DNA of 64,000 nt, taken from Octopus bimaculoides. Taxonomy: Eukaryota. Shown here in pieces: positions 61,561 through 64,000 of the stretch; within the stretch, counting starts at the first letter, position 1, and each line of letters opens with the position of its first letter. The position numbers and the translations under genes were made by a program. Below the pieces are notes generated by a model that was given only the letters and a program-made list of their open reading frames with translations, did no database searches and had not been told where the DNA came from. The DNA is taken from positions 36,638,460-36,702,459 of the forward strand of contig NC_068995.1 in the NCBI RefSeq assembly GCF_001194135.2, read 5' to 3'.

Positions 61561-64000
61561 ATTTAAACTCGTAAGATCCTAATTTCAAATGGAAGCTTCC
61601 ACATAAAGTGTTATTCGCAAGCTTCATATCAGAAGGGACGACAGAGAAAGAGGATTAGAATCCACTGCAGCCAATCTTTGAACATTGCATATCACTCAAA
61701 CTAACAAAAAAGAAATAGGGAAGTTCAAGACTGAGGAGATCAACATATTGCGAATTGGCAGTAAATTCCTCATGATGCAATAAGAACCAGATAATATCCT
61801 CTGTGATCACTGAATTAATTTAACAAGGACCCAGAGGAGGAAATTGTTTGCATTCCAACAGAAAGTTATGCATTGAAATTTTAACCGTAAATTTCAGAAC
61901 GATGTCAACATTGACACAGTGTAGCCTATTTGTGATTTGTGACTCACCTGATGTCACATTGTAATACAAAACCAAGCGATAACCATAAAACATCTAATAA
62001 ACAAAAGAAATCCTACAACCTTTAAAACTCAATGATATCAGTTGTGCCATTTTCTGTGGAAAAATAGTACGCATAAGATCAGAAACTACTTCAAAATGAA
62101 GTATTACTTATTTATGCAGTATGAGTCTTGCTACAATAATACAACCCAGCCTTGGAATAAATTGTAAAATGACTAGGGCGTTGGATTGGTCGAATTGTTA
62201 AAATATCCTACCACATGAAGTGCTTAATTTAGATCTTTAAGTTTTTTCCAAGTTTAAATCTCGTCAAAGTCAACCTTGCTTTTCGTCCTTCCAGGGGATC
62301 CGATAAAATAAGTACTGTGGTCAATTTATATTCCTATAATGCATTCAATAGGAATTAAAAATGAAGAAGACTGCTGATCTTGAGTACATTCATATATTTG
62401 AATACAAAGAACATTGATAGAACATTCCTATCAAAACTTTCACTAATTTTTAGGTCAGCTGTTCAACAGGCGTCAAGATTTTATTTTATTCAAGAAAGAT
62501 GGTTTATGAACAACTGTTTCGAACCCTTGTCGTTGATTATAAATCCTCACATCTCTGAGTTTAAAAATATGTGCCTTTCAAAAAGAAAAAAAACCCATCT
62601 AGCATGCAAATTCATGTTTTTTCATGTAATACCATACTAGTATCCAAATTTTGAGTGACGGCACATAGTGAGTGTGTTCCGTTTTATATGATGAATTCAA
62701 AGAATTAAATCAAATATACACAGAAAACAAAATTACTCCCATTCACCAGTAACAGTCGAAATATATGGAATATTTAAACGCTTCTTTTTCTATTCTACTG
62801 GAAGAATACATTCACATCGATTGTATGTATGAAACCAAGGTATTTACCAGGAGGGAGGCGATATTAATAAAAGATGAAAAACCAAAGTGATTTGTGTGTG
62901 TAACTTTTAACTGTCTAGTACACATATCAACGAAATCAGCTTTCCTCGTTCAGTAAGTTTATCGATTCTTGATACTGTAATATTTTGTACGTATATGTCT
63001 AAGGAAGCTAACTTGGTTATCCACATCAGTGCATACATACAATATACGGAAAAGCGGGAGTGCCTAAGCAGTATATAGGTTCCCAAGGAAATCAGTGCAT
63101 TCAGCCCTTTTGTCTTTGTTTGTTGACAGTAAACCACAGCATACATATATCAAAAATAGGTCCCTTGACCCATGACAGCTCCGAGCAATTGTTCAGAATG
63201 TCCATGCCCTACGACGGTGCTGGACAGAAGTACCGTATTTGATGGTATCAAAAGACGCACGGGTGTATTAGATGCGGCCTAATTTCAGCAGCGAATGATC
63301 AAGAGGAAAAGTTTTTAGTGTACTGCAACTTGTGGAAGACCCACACCTTCGCATGTAGGAACCAGGATGACTTTTTTTGTTTTTTTTTTGAGACTTTTTA
63401 GGGGTTTTTGTGTGCATGTGTAGGAGGGAATAGTGCGTCTTGCATTCCATCAAATATAACATATACCCTGATTACATAACGGTCAGATATGCACAACACC
63501 TGGTACTACTTTGATCCGAAGAAGAGAGTCTGTCACTGTTAGCACGCTTTTGTGAGTTACTAAGTGATTAGAATGGCTCTTCTCCGATCTCAAACTTCAT
63601 GGTCTGAGATCAATTCACCGGCGAGACACGTATTACTTCGAAAGTGTGAGAGTTTGAGCAGAAACTTTTTCTTTAGACATAATTAGGATTTAGTGATTGA
63701 AAAATAATTTCCAGCTTTCATTAGTTACGATGTAATACCAGGGTAATCTTGTTTTTTTTTTTTAAATAAGATCTCTTGAAAATAAATTGCAAGATACTTA
63801 CCACTGTGAACCAAGAAATGTATTTGAATTGTAGTTAAAGTCACTATCCTCTTGGTTGTCCTGTCGCGCTTTCAGTACCAAATAAGTTCAGAGAGAGGTA
63901 GATTGGGAGGAAAGAGATATGAAGGGAGAGGAGAAAAAGTTATTTCGTGAATGGTTTAAAGTCTAAACTACGATAAGGATAACGATGGAAATCGAAATTG

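Noticed and set aside
63050-63360. CpG-rich stretch that looks like a decayed coding relic
   Set aside because: No convincing domain motif in any frame.

Overview
AT-rich, repeat-dense eukaryotic DNA with assembly gaps at 8460-9398, 9912-10304, 36944-37032, 42847-42856 and 56142-56685. The tRNA-headed SINEs, (GAT)n-tailed RTE remnants and TTAA-flanked MITEs resemble an octopus (coleoid cephalopod) genome; this species call is inference. No long intact host CDS is visible and nearly all ORF-track entries are microsatellite, gap or chance ORFs. Recognisable content is transposon debris: three SINE families, two piggyBac-type MITE families, Tc1/mariner relics, RTE, R4/Dong, Penelope and Ty3/Gypsy fragments. 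There are also a few short candidate exons and two promoter-like CpG-richer zones. The most striking structure is at 53051-59030. A ~1.8 kb non-LTR-like element encoding only a CCHC zinc-knuckle ORF1 (Tx1/L1 type, no RT) has inserted four times at the same 14-bp site (TGTTCAGGTAGAGG) of a 350-bp tandem unit, and the array ends in a snap-back inversion. Several other near-perfect fold-back palindromes occur (25033-25228, 32073-32156). Coordinates of degenerate repeats are approximate; all alignments and translations were done by eye.
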